Notes: generated by a model not told the origin, from the sequence alone. A stretch of DNA of 63,145 bases, filler included, from Folioceros fuciformis (GCA_049999805.1; 3 parts of 2 records of this genome joined end to end with filler, not necessarily neighbours in it), one strand, 5' to 3'. Positions 14,001-28,090 are shown, numbered from the whole stretch's first letter. A program made the numbers and translations.

Positions 14001-16378
14001 TGAAGCCGAGCATGGGCTATCAACTCACATGGGCAAGCTTGCTGAAATCGAAAGACAGGTAACATCTGTTGAAGGTCGCTGACATAACCTTGGGGCTGTC
14101 TCTCTTCAGACTCAGATCTTGACCTAACTCATCTAAGTCATCTGGCTAGATTGCTAGCCTATTACCTCTGCAGAAGCGATTTAACAGTCTGAGATCACAA
14201 TTGGAGTTGAAGGAATACGACCTCACGCTCTGCGAATCTCGCGCCCTACAAAGTGAACATCATAAGGTACTAAGATACATGTATTGAGCCAACCATTTTT
14301 GCTCCTATGTAAGCAATCTCCAGGTCGTAGCTGTTTTAATCGTGCTTTAGCTCAGTGAAACTGTTGCAGCATTGGCAACCCAGCTGGATAAGGAAAGGTG
14401 TGAGGCAACTCAGAAAGAGGAGAGTCATAGACTTTGCTTAGAAACTGTTGCCGACCTACAGCAAAGAATCAATGAGCATGGTCGCGATCGTGAATCTAGA
14501 ATTGCTGCCCTAGAAAGCAGAATCAAATCAATGAAGCAGGAACTTGGCGCGGCCACCAAGCAGTTAAAGGTAGATTTCAAGCCTTGCCATGAGCTGAGCT
14601 GTCGGTTCGTGAAGACCTTCTGAACTGACTTCTCGGCTCCACGGAACAGGCCCTCGAAGGAACAAGAGAGAGACTGCTGATGGAAAAAGACGCAGCCATT
14701 CAGGAGAAGCAGTCAGTTGTCACTCAGCTCTCATCTGCTGAGGCTAATATCGAGGCCTTGACTGTCCAGCTTGCTTCTCACGCCTCGAAGGTGCGGATGG
14801 TTTTCGATGAATGGTCGTATTAATTTCTCAGTAGCTATGAAGATCTGCAGATCAGAGCAATCTGTTCGTTCAATGAGCGGCATTATTTGGACTCTCCACA
14901 GATCAATACGATCAAGCAGGAGTATGACAAGATTCAGGTAGAGATCAATCAAAGTCGGTCCAAAATGAAGGAATGTGATGTTGAGATAAGTAGCATGTCC
15001 AAGGATCGTTCCAAGCTTGAGCAGAAGGTGACGGAGAGCAATCTGGACGTGAAGAAATTGGAAAACCAGGTCGGGTGAAAACGCTCATAACTTTAGTGTG
15101 CCTTGTGGTTTATCTGGATTGGGACATTTGAGCAAGGTCCACGAATTGCAGGTAAGGCGCATGGAGGATTCGCAGAAGGACTCTGCCAAGACTGTGGAAG
15201 ATCTGCTGAAGAAACATGAATGGATTGCCTCGGAGAAACAGCTATTTGGAAAGCCCGGCACAAATTATGACTTCTCTGCACGGAATCCACAACAGGCGAG
15301 AGAGCAGTTGGAGGCTAGGCGCCAGGAACAGGATAGGTGCGTACCAGCTTTCTCTAAACCACTAAACAGGAACCGCTTAACAGGTTTTGTTGACCTTCCG
15401 ATTTTGCTGTTCTCATCCTGACCGTATGACCCCAGGGCCGAGAAAACCATCAACAAGAAAGCCATGAACATGTTCGAGAAGGCCGAGACAGATTTCAACG
15501 AGCTCATGAAAAAGAAAACCATCATCGAGGTCCCTTTGTTCACAATCCAATCGATGTTCCAACATTCGATTCTGCAATGTGCATGTTGACTCAGCAGCAT
15601 CTTCTGTTTGTTTGCACAGAATGACAAGCAAAAGATCCAGACTGTAATTCGGGAGCTGGACGAGAAGAAGAAACAGGCGCTTCAAGTGACCTGGCAGAAA
15701 GTGAACAAGTAAAGCTTGCAGCATCCTCTGCGTTCTCTGTAACCGCACTTCACGTCTGCTTGTATTATGACAAACCTGGTGTGTACAGAGACTTCGGTTC
15801 CATCTTCTCCACTCTTCTGCCTGGTACAATGGCCAAGCTTGATCCACCCGAAGGAGGCGACTTCCTGGACGGATTGGAGGTTCGAGTGGGCTTCGGAAGC
15901 GTTTGGAAGCAGTCTCTCTCGGAACTGAGCGGGGGCCAACGTTCTCTGCTTGCACTTTCGCTCATCCTGGCCTTGCTCTTGTTCAAACCTGCCCCACTCT
16001 ACATCCTGGACGAGGTACCGCTCTCCTCTTCACTCATTCATGATCTGCATTTCCCTAGCAGCCTTCCGAGATCCTATGCCACTTGCTCGTCCCTTCTCAG
16101 GTGGATGCCGCTCTGGACCTGAGCCACACTCAGAACATCGGTCGCATGATCAAATCGCACTTCCCTCACTCGCAGGTGAGCATCGTGAAATTAGCTCAGA
16201 GCTCCAAGATCTATGTTTGTTCGTTAACGCAAATTGACACCCCTCCTCCCCCCTGTTGCCTTGTCAGTTCATCGTGGTGTCCCTCAAGGAAGGAATGTTC
16301 AACAACGCGAATGTCATCTTTCGTACCAAATTCGTGGACGGGGTATCCACTGTCACTCGAACAGTTCCTAATAAATGA
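11073..16378 (+). CDS. SMC2: Structural maintenance of chromosomes protein 2 (condensin), multi-exon
   Basis: [14 protein letters not shown]; Walker [27 protein letters not shown]; hinge region; signature LSGGQRSL; Walker B YILDEVDAALD; end [15 protein letters not shown]. Confidence 0.97.
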
Positions 16379-16820
16379 GAAACGTGTCGCTGCCTGCTAT
16401 GGAAGCTTGTATTATAATATACACGAAACTTGAGCATTCTCAATGTATTGTGTCGTAAGGTCCAGAGAGGGTGAAATCAGAAATGAGGCAAGCCATAGAT
16501 GATAATGTTAAAAACAATGTTATATCTACCTGTTTTGTCCTCAATGCAAAGCGCAGGTGTTGCTTAGCAACATCTTGACATTGAGGTATAACAGTTGGCA
16601 GCGTACACGAATGAGATTTCACGTCGCTAGCTCAAAAAAGAACAAAGAAGTCCAAGCAATATAGCGCTCATTTCCCTCGAAGTGACATCGAAAGCGCTAG
16701 ACTAAGAATGAAGACTATGTAAGTATGCGGTGCCCGCTGCATCCATGGCGGGCAGTCCTTTATGAAAAGAGGCGCGCGCCTGGCTTGTGCGCCTGGATTT
16801 GTTCGCCGGGAAGAAGGCGA

Positions 16821-18212
16821 TCAGCGGCGGCAGATGATGCCGGAGGCGGAATCGGCAGAGGCGCAGGTGAGCTGCGGCTGGCGCTGCTGTATAATCTCGG
16901 AAATGGACTCAGAGTTGGTCCAGGACTGGAAGTTGGACACGGAGCAGTCGGGAGCCATAAGCCGCGAGGTGACATAGCGGTGAACGTTGCCGAGCGTGGG
17001 GAGATGCTGGCCAGGCTTCTTCTGGAGCATGCGGAACGTCGGAGCGTACGTCTGGCCGAGGACGCCGTCCACCTGTGGGGACAGGCCGGCGAAGGAGAAG
17101 CTTACATCCAGGTGCGCCATGCAGTCGTCCGGGCCGACGCCGTATCCGAACTTGATGCTCTCCTCCTGCGTCACCGGTGTGGCGTACACTGTGAGCGTCA
17201 CCTTGCCCTCCACCTCGACCGTGGCCGAGTTCACCTGCCCCTGCGAGATCCGCACGCCGGCATCCCTGGCTTCCCAGACCGCGCCGGGCGCGGGAATGAG
17301 GTTCACGAGCTCCGAGTTGAGGAGGAAGACGAGCTGGTTGACGCTGGCGTCCCAGGTGGCCACCTTCTTCACCCCGACGTAGAGCTGGTTCGAGCCGAAG
17401 AGCACTCCAAGAGACTGCACCCAGGTGAAGTCCCGCGGCATACCTGGCGCTCGCAGCCCGATGAAGTGCGCGTTGATGTGCAGGTCTGTGTCGGACACGA
17501 GGCAGAAGTCTCCTCCCTTGTGGCCGTGGAAGTAGAAGGCTTCACCTTTCTGCGTTTTCATCACCGGATCCTTGCATACCGAGCCGTACCCGCACTTCTC
17601 TGCGTTTGTTACAACACGATGCATCCGATGTAGCAGGTCCCGTCAGCTAAGCATCTGAAATCAAGCATGCTGTGGAGCACGCGTATGCGAATTCAATTGG
17701 AATGACGCAAGCATGCTGCAAAAGTTCAATTGGCGTGACTTCTCACCTGGAGGAGGGGGTGACCAGGCGTATGGTGGCCAATGGTGGTGATGACGGGGAG
17801 GACTCCTGTAGCCCGGCGGAGTCTTGGAGGGAGGCGTCTTGCTCGGAGGGGTTTTGGTGGGAGGCGTCTTGCTTGGAGGAGGAGCCTTGGACGGTGGCGT
17901 CTTGCTCGGAGGAGGAGTCTTCGATGGAGGCGTCCTGCTAAAGGGAGGAGGAGTCTTGGACGGTGGCGCCTTGCTCGGAGGAGGTGTCTTGGACGGTGGC
18001 GTCTTGCTCGGCGGAGGCACGGAGCTTGGAGGAGCTTTTCCGGGGGGAGCCTTGATAGGAGGAGGCTCGCTGCTGGCTGGGGGAGCCTTGCCAGGAGGTG
18101 TCTTCCCGCTAGGAGGTGGTGTTGGAGTTGAAGACGTACCTGCGTGCACCCCCTCGAAGAGAAGGAGAAGGAACAGGACCACAACAGCGGCCCATTGCGG
18201 CAGTCGCGCCAT
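16821..18212 (-). CDS. Secreted Pro-rich (extensin-like) protein with C-terminal root cap/LEA-related domain; 2 exons (intron ~17600-17746)
   Basis: Signal peptide MARLPQWAAVVVLFLLLLFEGVHA; many (S)KTPPP/KAPPP repeats; exon 2 carries CKDP..FYFHGHKGGDFCLVSDTDLHINAHFIG..RDFTWVQSLG..LSPQVDGVLGQTY, typical of plant root-cap-domain proteins. Confidence 0.85.
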
Positions 18213-20180
18213 GTGCCTCACTCGAACTGGATTTCCCGCTGATCACGACCAGTGTACAGCGATCTGCGAACGCCTCCGACACAGCTGCAAGCAATAGCCA
18301 GTGCGGAGACTGCGAGCAGAAGCGGAGGATGAAGATGTGAAGATGGGGCGGTGTATGTATACGCTTCGCCGTCAACGTTGAACGCATGTGTCGGCGTGCA
18401 AGCATGTCAAGTTGGAATCCAGAGGGCTCTGTGTGCTGTGCCCGACGGCCGTGGCACAGTGCCACCCTGCTTCTCCGGCAGTCGGCATCTTAATGGCCTT
18501 CCTTTCCAGATCACGGATAAATCTGCACGCTGCTGGAACACGGAACGCAAGACCCTCGCTTCAGCGGCAACATCACATCATGCTCGGGAAGCTGCGATCT
18601 CCATGGAGCCTTGTGGCCAAGTTGGAAGAAATGGAACAAAATGCCGGATGCGGAGGGACGCACATTAATTCCTGTACGTGCGTACATGAGAGGAAGGCTT
18701 GACTTGTTTGCGCTTCCCTCCTTGTGTTGGGAAGGCCGCACATTCAAGCTGGCTGGCTCCTTCTCCAACTCCACATGCGCACATCATTTACAGCCAATGT
18801 CCGTTACCAACAAGTGTTACGTCCTACACGGTGCACTAAGAGATTGCCGACTTCCCCGATCGGTTTTGTTTAGGTATGTTCTCCAACGCTGCCTGCTACG
18901 TTGCCACTTCAGGTGACTTAATTCGCGGCGTGCGCAGCGTGGGTGCACCTAAAGTTTGTGCCACGCGCACGCGCCACAAATCGAGCTTTCCATATTGTGG
19001 CTTGTAAGTCTTTCGCTTTCTCTTTTCTTCGCCACGGTCCAGAATCGGTAAAAAAAGGTATATCTCGATTCATTGATTGACAAGGGAAAAGTTCCTATAT
19101 GTATTTTTTTCAACAATATAATAAACTAAAATTCAAAAATATATATATTTTTAAATCTAATGAGCCGCAATCTTTAGCGATACTCCCCACCAGGACCACT
19201 AACGTTTATCGGGAGTAGGCTGCATGTCAAAAAGCGGCAATGCGTAAGTAGCGGGCCCGCGCTTGACCGTATCTTATATAGACATGGATTTCACTAGACA
19301 TGAGAAGTCGTGTTTGTCAACTACAGTACAGTACATGCATTCGGGCTCATTCAGGGCTGCACCTCCGAAAGGATGGCTTTAAACTTCTCCACTGTCCACG
19401 ACGTAAGAGTTCCAGTTACCACCTACTCTTCAAAGGTAGTGGACCCCAAGACCCGGATGAGATGTCATGTATGAGGACGCTTCTCCCCTTTTGGCCCAGA
19501 ACCCCAAAGATAGGTCCGAGCAGAAGCGCATGGACGAGGTCAAAGGCAGAGCACCGTGCGACGCGGTCATTGTAATTGGACCTCACGCTCAAGAACTTTG
19601 ATCCAGCCTCGTGGTCTTGTGATGTAGGAAGGGAGCATCTCAGCTCCCTTGACTGACGCCGGGATTGGCGTGGGAGTCTTTCCTGGATGGGGATCCGAAT
19701 GGGCAGCCACGATCACGAACTGCGTGACCACGCGTTTCAATGTGAAGCACTTTGGGCTGCCCAGCATAAAAGTGACGACCGAGTTGCACCAACTCGGACA
19801 GCCCATCAGTCACGGGAGCTAGAGCCTACACCTGGCATACCTGCTGACAAGGTCGACTTGTGTACGCACATTTCAGGATCAGTCTGCAACAAGTAAATGG
19901 AAAGTCGACTAATACTGGTCCCAGAAGCTGAGGTCACTTGGACCAGCCCTGCACTCAGTCGCACAGCAAGAGCAAGCCTTGGGCAACAGCAACAGTAACC
20001 ACTAGCAAATGAGCGTCAGCAAGCTGATCAGAATGTCCCACCAGCATTGCTCAGCACCAGCGGGGCCTTGACGGAGTGGAGGGAGGTAGGGAGGGATGCA
20101 CTCCACGTGCTAGTGCAGCATGTTGGGAGACCTCCACCCACCATGTTGGCTTCAAAGAATTAAGGTCAAATGAAGCAAGG

Positions 20181-22714
20181 TCACACCTTGCTTAGATGGC
20201 TGTCCAAATCGTACAGGTTTAGATCTTCCCTGGACTGAGTCCTGCGGCTCTGCAAACAGGAACCATCACGCTTGTGTGAAGCGTAGCGGGGACGGCCCAC
20301 ACTTGTGGCTGTACTAGTTGATCCTCCCGCATCCGACTTTTGGAGCACATCTGAGTCCAGTGACGTCTCCGATGACAAACCCAGATGATCCTGCTGAAAA
20401 GGCTGTACAGAGGTCACTGGCAGAGGGCTACCAGGCAGCTTCACACGACCTTCGCCTGGAGACATGCCACAACACACTTTCAGCACATGGAGCACAGGCA
20501 ACTGTGAAAAGGTTAGCCCGCATAAAGTGAGTGAGTGACACTTGTGTATTTTCCCGGTCAACATTTTGAGGTACAACAAAAGGTGTCGTCTTCACCAAGA
20601 CTAACCAGAACGAAGGAATTGGATGAGCTTACCGGTAGGGCTAGGGCTGAAAATGGTTCCCAATGCCTTGGGTAAGCAACCACTCTGACTGTTGGGCGAG
20701 TGCATAAACATCGGCCAACAGGATCGTCGCCACTGCCACAGGATCCACCGTCGGGAGCAGATGGATACACACAGGAGGAGTAACATGGCAAGCATCGCGA
20801 TTATGAAAAGCAGTCCTTTCACCGTTATAGTATCCAAAATGAAGGGCACTGCCAAGGGCCCCTCTAAGCTTCTAGAATCCATGTCACCGCTTGATGCTAG
20901 GGCACCTGCTTCAAGAAGCGCAGCACCAAGCGTCCAGGCGAAGCCACCCGAGTCAACCACAATCTGATTGTCGCCGAGATTCAGCCCGGACCTAAGTAGT
21001 GCCACCACATAGGGTGCCCTGAAACAATATTGCTCAATACTTGGCTGTGGCTCCACCCGACTGCGTGCGTCTTCCCAAGGTAGCATACAGTACTGTTGTG
21101 CCTTGCGCAAAAGCTCCTCGAGTGAGCCATCCGACTGTAGTCCAAAAAACTTGTACACCACAAAGAAGCCTGATAGTGCAAAAAATTTACCGTTTGGATA
21201 AGGTTGATGTTTACCAAGAGCACAGGGTGTAGCATCGCAAGGAGTCGGTGGTTCTCCAAAGCCCGGAAACTGGAGCACCTGCTTGGCAAGATCTGCACAC
21301 CCTTCCCAGTTCGGATCCCCGACTAACTCAACCTGCACCTTCGACGCTGCTTCGTCAAAGCTGGGTGATCCTCCAACAGGAAACGGATTCTTCAGGGAGC
21401 TGACATATGCTTGCCTGTAGCCGGCATGCAGACACGGATGCTTCACCTCAATCAGCCCCAGTTGACTAGACAGAGTCTCTGGCTTGTTCCCAATCGACCG
21501 CCTCAACAACATGGCAACCGAATTTTGAAAAGCATCGTTGAGCCCCAACCCTTCATGAGAGTACGCATACAGCTGATGCTCCACCGTTCCCACACTCAAA
21601 TTCACTCGATACTTGGCGTGGGGAGTCTCTCCAGGCTCGAACGTAACCTCCAACGAGGACCCGCCCAAATCCAACGCACCGAACGTGGGCAACCTGGATG
21701 ACTGACCCAACCTGTCCTGATTGTAATTCAGTGCAATCCATCCATATGACGCTTCCTCCACCCCGCTTATTATCCTAACCCAGTTCCTTCTACACAGAAA
21801 AGGCGATGACTCCAACACACTCCAAACCCTATCCAAAACCCAGGTGGAATCCGAAGAAGGCAACCTTCTGAGTCCAGCCGTGGCCAGAACAAACACCGGA
21901 GTCGACCCATGCGCCCAAGCCGGAATCCTTTTCCGTGCCCAATCCAGCAGCGGCTCCAGCGCAGCCCTAACCCCCGTTTCGTTATGCAAGAGCTTATGCA
22001 GGCCCGGCTCCGTCTCCATGCGCTTATACGCCCGACCCTGCCTGTGCTGTTCCTCATGAGCCTCGGGCCGGAGCATCACCGGCAAAGAATCCCTCCCACG
22101 CGTCGAAGAGCGAGCCCATCCGTACACATGTATCCTAGTCCCAGTGCTCCCACAGTCCACCACAACCGCAAATTGCAGCTGCTGCTTGTGCAGCCCATAG
22201 TCACTCCACTGATACGCCAGAAACAACCCCACGAACAGCAACAGCCACAGCAGCACCAGCAAGTAAGCCCTGGAACACCACTGAGCTCCCGAAACCTGAG
22301 GAAGTAAAAGCGGAGGCAAAACAGTAGCTGCAGATCCACCTCCACCTCCGCCCGCGCCCTTGGCCGCACCACCTCCACTCTTGGGCAGTCGGAACGGCAG
22401 ACTCCCTCCCCTGGAGATGTGATACACAGGCAGCGACTTTTCAAGCGAGTCCGCGGAGTCCTGGTACGGGCTGGCCTCCAAGGAGGTGGCGGGATAGGTC
22501 TTGTAGGATGTGAAATCCTGCACAGAAGAGTAGGATCTCCAGCCGACTGCATCCCGCCTGTAACTGGCCCGGGAGTAGCCCGACTGTGGAGTCACGGTGC
22601 TGGAGGTGACGGACGCTGCCGGCAGTGGCGAAACGGACACGGCCGACTGCACCGGCCCCGGCCCCGGCCCCGGCAGCGGAGGCTGGGAGGCCTTGGGGCC
22701 GCCATTGTTGCCAT

Positions 22715-22718
<4 letters not shown>
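20181..22718 (-). CDS. APY7: GDA1/CD39 apyrase, APY7-like (2 coding exons, two TM segments)
   Basis: All five apyrase conserved regions are present (DCGSTGTR, ATAGLR, EEASYGW, DLGGSS, WTLGA); exon 2 GEGRVKLP...LQSRRTQSREDL matches the APY7-type tail. Start is uncertain because of the adjacent poly(A) tract. Confidence 0.9.

Positions 22719-22758
<40 letters not shown>
22718..22758 (-). repeat. 41-nt poly(A) homopolymer on the coding strand, ending in the A of the apyrase ATG
   Basis: T run at 22718-22758 on the + strand, counted directly. Confidence 0.9.
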
Positions 22759-22761
<3 letters not shown>

Positions 22762-23045
22762 TGCGCGCTTCTTCCAGAAATCCGCGGGCACGCCCATCCC
22801 TGGTCACCCCGGCCTGCTCCTTGCTCCAATTCCACCCTCTTGTCTCCTTCTCATGCCTCCTCTCATCTTACGGCCCGCGTCTCATCTTCCAAGCGCAACG
22901 AAGCAGGCTAGGCAGCGCCGTCGGGGCCATGCATCCCGGTCGGTCATCGGGCAGGGAGTGTCACCCGCCAGGGCTCGGGGAGTACATCTGTGCGACGCCC
23001 ATGCCGGTCAGCGCGCGCCAATGTGGGGCGGCAGGGCTGCTCGTC

Positions 23046-23107
23046 TGGCCTGGCCTGGCCTTGCCTGGCCTTGCCTTGCCTTGCCTTGCCTGGCCTGGCC
23101 TGGCCTG
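23046..23107. repeat. Pentanucleotide (CCTGG/CCTTG)n microsatellite upstream of the apyrase gene
   Basis: ctggcctggcctggccttgcctggccttgccttgccttgccttgcctggcctggcctggcctg. Confidence 0.85.
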
Positions 23108-24700
23108 CGTTCCCCGTCTTACTCTGCCACACAGGGCAAAAGTTAAGCACGAGCACTTGGCTTNNNNNNNNNNTCTTACTCTGCCACACAGGGCAAAAGT
23201 TAAGCACGAGCACTTGGCTTACTTGCACGCCTCTCTGCCAAGATCCGCAAACGAGCTGATGGAACGAGAGACTCTTCTCTCTTCCGACTACTGTATTTTG
23301 CTCCGGACGGCGAGTAGTATGGTATATATATCCCTGCCGACCCGGCCCGGCCCAGCCCGGACCTCACGCTTCACCCGCGTGCCTGCAAATGACTATACTA
23401 TGGATGATGCCCATAAATACTGGCTTGTACCAGCTGAATGAAGAATCCCGGAACTGCAACTAACACCCCGATCAGTATATTCGCACGATTTCCATCTTTG
23501 CCTTGGTCCCGGATAAGTCAGGGTTAGTTCTCGCTCCTTACTTTCCACACATGCGTATATGCAAAGAAAAGAGAAGCCAAGAAAGGAAAGGAATTCAAAT
23601 AATTTAAACTTATGCCCACATGGAGGACGTGGGAAGAAGAAGAAGAAAAATATATGAAGAAAAATATATTAGAGTCCACTAAGGACTAAGTTTCGTCATG
23701 GACTTGGTACTTGACAACTTGTATCATAGGATACCTAGTTCCTTTGCTTCAAAGGGAATCCTTCCCTTTAGGCATTCTGTTTCGCCAGGCACCCCATCTA
23801 AGGACTGATTATAGCACACAATGTGGCCTCATCCTCTATCCATAGTTGCGAATATGTTGCCAATTGGAACATCCTACTCTTGCATTCCTTGCACAATGTT
23901 GTCAAAGCCACATGTGCCAACAATATGTAGTAAAGAGAATTTCATGCCCTTCAAGCCCTTGGCATAGGCATTGTGGGCATTATGCAATTCTGGTCAATTC
24001 TCTCCATCTTGATTGAAAGTATTAGGTGGAGCTATTGCTAGTCCTAGTTGTGGACACGCAGGTTAGTCCTTGTTCGATTTGCTATTGCTAGACCTAGTTG
24101 TGGATGGACATGGTAGTCCTAGATCAATTGCCTCTTACTAGACCCAAAAATTATATACAAACTCTCATACAGATTTTGTCACTAACCCTAAATTTTTGCA
24201 CAATCCCTTATCATGCCCACAATCCTTGTTCAGCCCCAACAATCTAATACCATGCCCACAACTTTTACACAACCCTAAATTAGATAAGGACAACCCTAAA
24301 TTAGATAAGGACACCAACTATTATGACAATGAACCTATACCTCTACCTGGAACAAGAAAAAGATGACTAATCATAAAATTATCTTTAAAAATAAATATAT
24401 CAACTTATTTTTACCAGATATTAGCCTTTTGATGAAGGATAGACGGAATGGCCAAGCTACGTATATAAAGACAAGGAAAAAGTTCACTTGTAAAATTCCG
24501 TTCCAAAACACCCTGCATCAATCTGGGGTTAAAACTTACACGAATACCGAAACAAAATTTTAGGAAAATGAACCTCGACCACCTTATCTAAGTAGACTGC
24601 TCTTAGGAACCCGCATCCAGGCTCGGACCCATGTGGGCTCCTGGCGCGCAATGACAGGAGCCCTCGTGTGACTCAGCCCATTCGTGGCTCGTGACCTTTA

Positions 24701-26863
24701 TCACTCCGAGGTTGGCGGTGTCAGCGGCCCATTCTGGGTTTGCTGCTCCTGCTTGATCTTGTCCTTTTGCTTCTTGGACGCAGAGCCCACGAAGGGAATG
24801 TGCTTCAGGCCGCGCATGTACGGTTGGAGTACCCCTGGGATGTCCACTCCTGTTGGCGTTTGGTAATTCTCCAAAATGCAACACATGGTTCGCTCAGTCG
24901 CTGTCAGGGTCGAGTTCAGCAAATGCACGTAAAGTTTCTCGTTACCCTGTAAGAACGCGCCGCCCAGTGAGTGTGACGATAGTTGTCAAGGAGCAGCAGG
25001 ATTCAGACAAAGTAATACCGCCCCCCGCAAGAGGTTTACGTTTACCTTCTCCTTCTTCTGTCCGTAACGGATCTCCAGGTTGCGCGACTGGTAGTCCGTG
25101 CAGTTGGAACATGACACGAGCTCCCTGTATGTGGCAGAGGCTGGAAACCAGGCCTCAAGATCGTACTTCTTTGCAGCAGCATCATTCAACGCCCCTGCGA
25201 CTATGGACACGACTCTGTGGGGTAGCCCAAGCTGTAGAAGGCAAAATGTTTTTCAGGTTGATAACCGTTCTGGAAAAGGGAAATCCACACAGGCAGAGGA
25301 ACTACTGAGCATCAACCGGGAGGAGAGAGGCTTGGGCGAACCTGTCTGTAGAACTCCTCAGAATTTGCGATCAGTTCCTCGTGGACCTTCCAGGACTCAT
25401 CGTCATGAGGGCTAGTGAGGACGAACTGCTCCACTTTCTCAAACTGATGCACACGGAAAATACCAAGGGTATCCTTCCCATGAGCTCCAGCCTCCTTTCT
25501 AAAGCATGTTGAGACACCTGCATACCTGGAAAACAACGTCTAACACATTCACTTTCGGGGGATAACTACGAATCGAGAAGCACTGTGAAGCACGATACCA
25601 CTCAAGCACAATACCACCACGATACCACTCAAGCACAATACCACAACCCACCTAATCGGCAACGACTTCGTATCCACAATCCAATCCTTCCGATGGTACG
25701 CACATAGTGGTTGCTCTGATGTCGCGATGAGATATTTATCGTCACCTTCCCCAGTGACCTGGACATTTTCGGCACAGTATCATGTGATGTTCGAACCCAA
25801 CAGACTGAAGAATGCCAGCCCAACCGCCTATCATGCAACCCGTTTCCGAGTAGAACCCGCACCTTGTAGAGCTCTTCATCAAACTGAGCCAACTGAGCAC
25901 ATTCGGCCATGACATCCTTCCTCATGAAAAATGGGGTCTGCAGAGCTTCAAAATTGCGATCCTCCAAGAAGTCAAGTGCGAAATTGATCAGAGCCTGATT
26001 CAGACGGACGCCAAGACCCTTCAGAAAGTACCCTCTTCCCCCCGCGATATCAGAGCCTGAACCGCAGTATGAAAGCATGGATGTAAGAAAACTCGTCATC
26101 ATCACCCAAGCCCTAAAAAATGACCGCAAATGCCCACACCTTTCTTCAAGTCCGCAATTCCCAGAGCATCAACAAGGTCGACATGGTTCTTCAGCTTCGC
26201 CTCCTCCCTTCTTGTTCCCCATGTCCTCACAACTTCATTATTGGCCTAACCAGATCCAAGAGCCGCAAATGAGAACGTGACCCCACCAAACACACAGCCG
26301 CTAGTCGATCACCACAACCACTCACCTCATCATCAGAAATGGGGACCGAGTCATGAACAATGTTCCCAACAAGCCTCAACCGTTTATCCATCTCCTGAAA
26401 TGCAAGTTCAACTTGCTCCTCCTTTTCCGCTCGGAGCTTGTCCTGCTCCGCTGCCTTTCTTTCCAGCTCAGTCGCATTTTCTCCTTTCTGAAACTCCAGC
26501 TGAACCAGATGAGCACACCCTGAGCAACAGAATCAGCTTGACGATCAATGCACAACCACTTACTCGTCGTAAAATGGAGATCTCCTTGTTGAGCTTGTTA
26601 TACTCTGTCTGGATCAGCCGCAGCTCGTGCTGTCCTGAACCCCAACAGTGCTCCTCCAGTCAGCGGTGCAATCCTCCAGGCATCCCCAACCCTAATCACA
26701 GCAACAAACAGGGGTCTGCATGGGGCATACTCTGCCGCCACTCCGTATCGAACTTGATGACCTCATCCACAAGCTCCACGCTGGCAAATCGCCGCCGCTG
26801 GGATTCCCTCACCCTCTCGGGATCATGGCCCCTATCCGTCCGGAACAAGAGTATGTCCAACAT
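24701..26863 (-). CDS. SerRS: Seryl-tRNA synthetase, cytosolic, multi-exon
   Basis: [112 protein letters not shown]. Confidence 0.96.
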
Positions 26864-28090
26864 CTTGTTCACTGCTCGCAACACGCCTTCACGAGAAATA
26901 ACTCCTTCCCTTCCCTTCCCGTCCCGTCCCGACCCGACCTGTCAGTAAACTTGCCCAAACCGCCTCCTCCCTGAAGGGTCTCGTTTGTTTACGCTCGCTC
27001 GTTCCTGGCTCGACTCGTGAACTGCCGTTTTGTAAACGAACGCTCTGCACCTGTACTAATTCATAGTCCATCAGTTCCCACTCACTCGGTTCGACCAGTG
27101 CCCAAATGAACTTGCGAATTCTAGCACCATAAAAGCTACCACCATTGTTAGAATACCGTGCTTGACTATATACATGTTCTACAAGATTTAGAGTTTAGGA
27201 TATAGGGATAATCAATGTAGAGGTGTCCCTTACTTTTGCAAAAAAGAAAACAATAGGAGAAGAAGCAAGCGCCACTTCAAATCCACATGTATCTTCTTTC
27301 TTTAACGTAGTCAAGGAGGAGAAACAAGCGTACCTCCAAATCCACATATCTCTTCTTTGTTAGACGTGGTCAAGGTTGAGTTGAAGGCATCCTCGTCCTG
27401 AACACCGGATTGGTCACAACGTCATCCACCTCTATTTAGATTCATGCACCACAACTAATGTCAAACTATCAGTTACAATAAGTGTACAGTCTCACGTTAT
27501 TGTGAATGAATAAATAACAAAAGCTTCTTGCATTCTATAATCTAAAGGTCAAATACATACGTGGTGAAGCTTACATTTAGTGTGGAGGGGATTTCCCTAA
27601 ACAATCTTGAAGCTGATAGATTATAGTTAGAATTATTTCTTTAATTAGTTGAATGCACATAGATATTTGTTTTGCGTCCCGTACCACGACATATCTTGAG
27701 ACTGTATCCTAAGCAAGGTATTGGATTTCGATCAACATACAATGTGAAGACATGTGAAGAAACTTGGTATACATGACCGAGAAAAATTTAAGGCACCAAG
27801 TCTATATATGTGTAGGTAGTTGCTACCAAATACGACGTACTGTAGAGTTGTTTGACCGTCGCCTCCAAGACTTGAATCTTGTACGTAAGGCTGCGAGTTT
27901 GCCTTAAATTTATTTTGGTTTTGATATTGGGTTGCCTTTCTGATTTTCAGGTAGCATGGAGGTAGTTAGGAGCATATGCGTGCATCTCTCTCTTTGTGTT
28001 ATATCAATGCCATTGGTCTCATACATTGAATTTGTTTCATCTTGTTTTGCAGTGTTGATATCATATTCGATTTGAGAAAGAGTGGCGAGC

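Noticed and set aside
19100-20180. Possible snRNA or other ncRNA in the root-cap/apyrase intergenic region
   Set aside because: No USE/TATA pair or recognisable RNA fold; no tRNA or rRNA was recognised anywhere in the window.
22719-22835. ORF-track N-terminal extension MELEQG...polyK of the apyrase
   Set aside because: Begins at a non-ATG codon, unlikely for a nuclear gene, and its frame depends on the homopolymer length.
23117-23220. 47-bp direct repeat flanking a 10-N gap
   Set aside because: Identical sequence on both sides of a gap is a typical unmerged contig overlap.
24180-24315. AACCCTAAA telomere-like motifs with a 21-bp duplication
   Set aside because: Isolated telo-box-like copies in AT-rich DNA, not an interstitial telomeric array.
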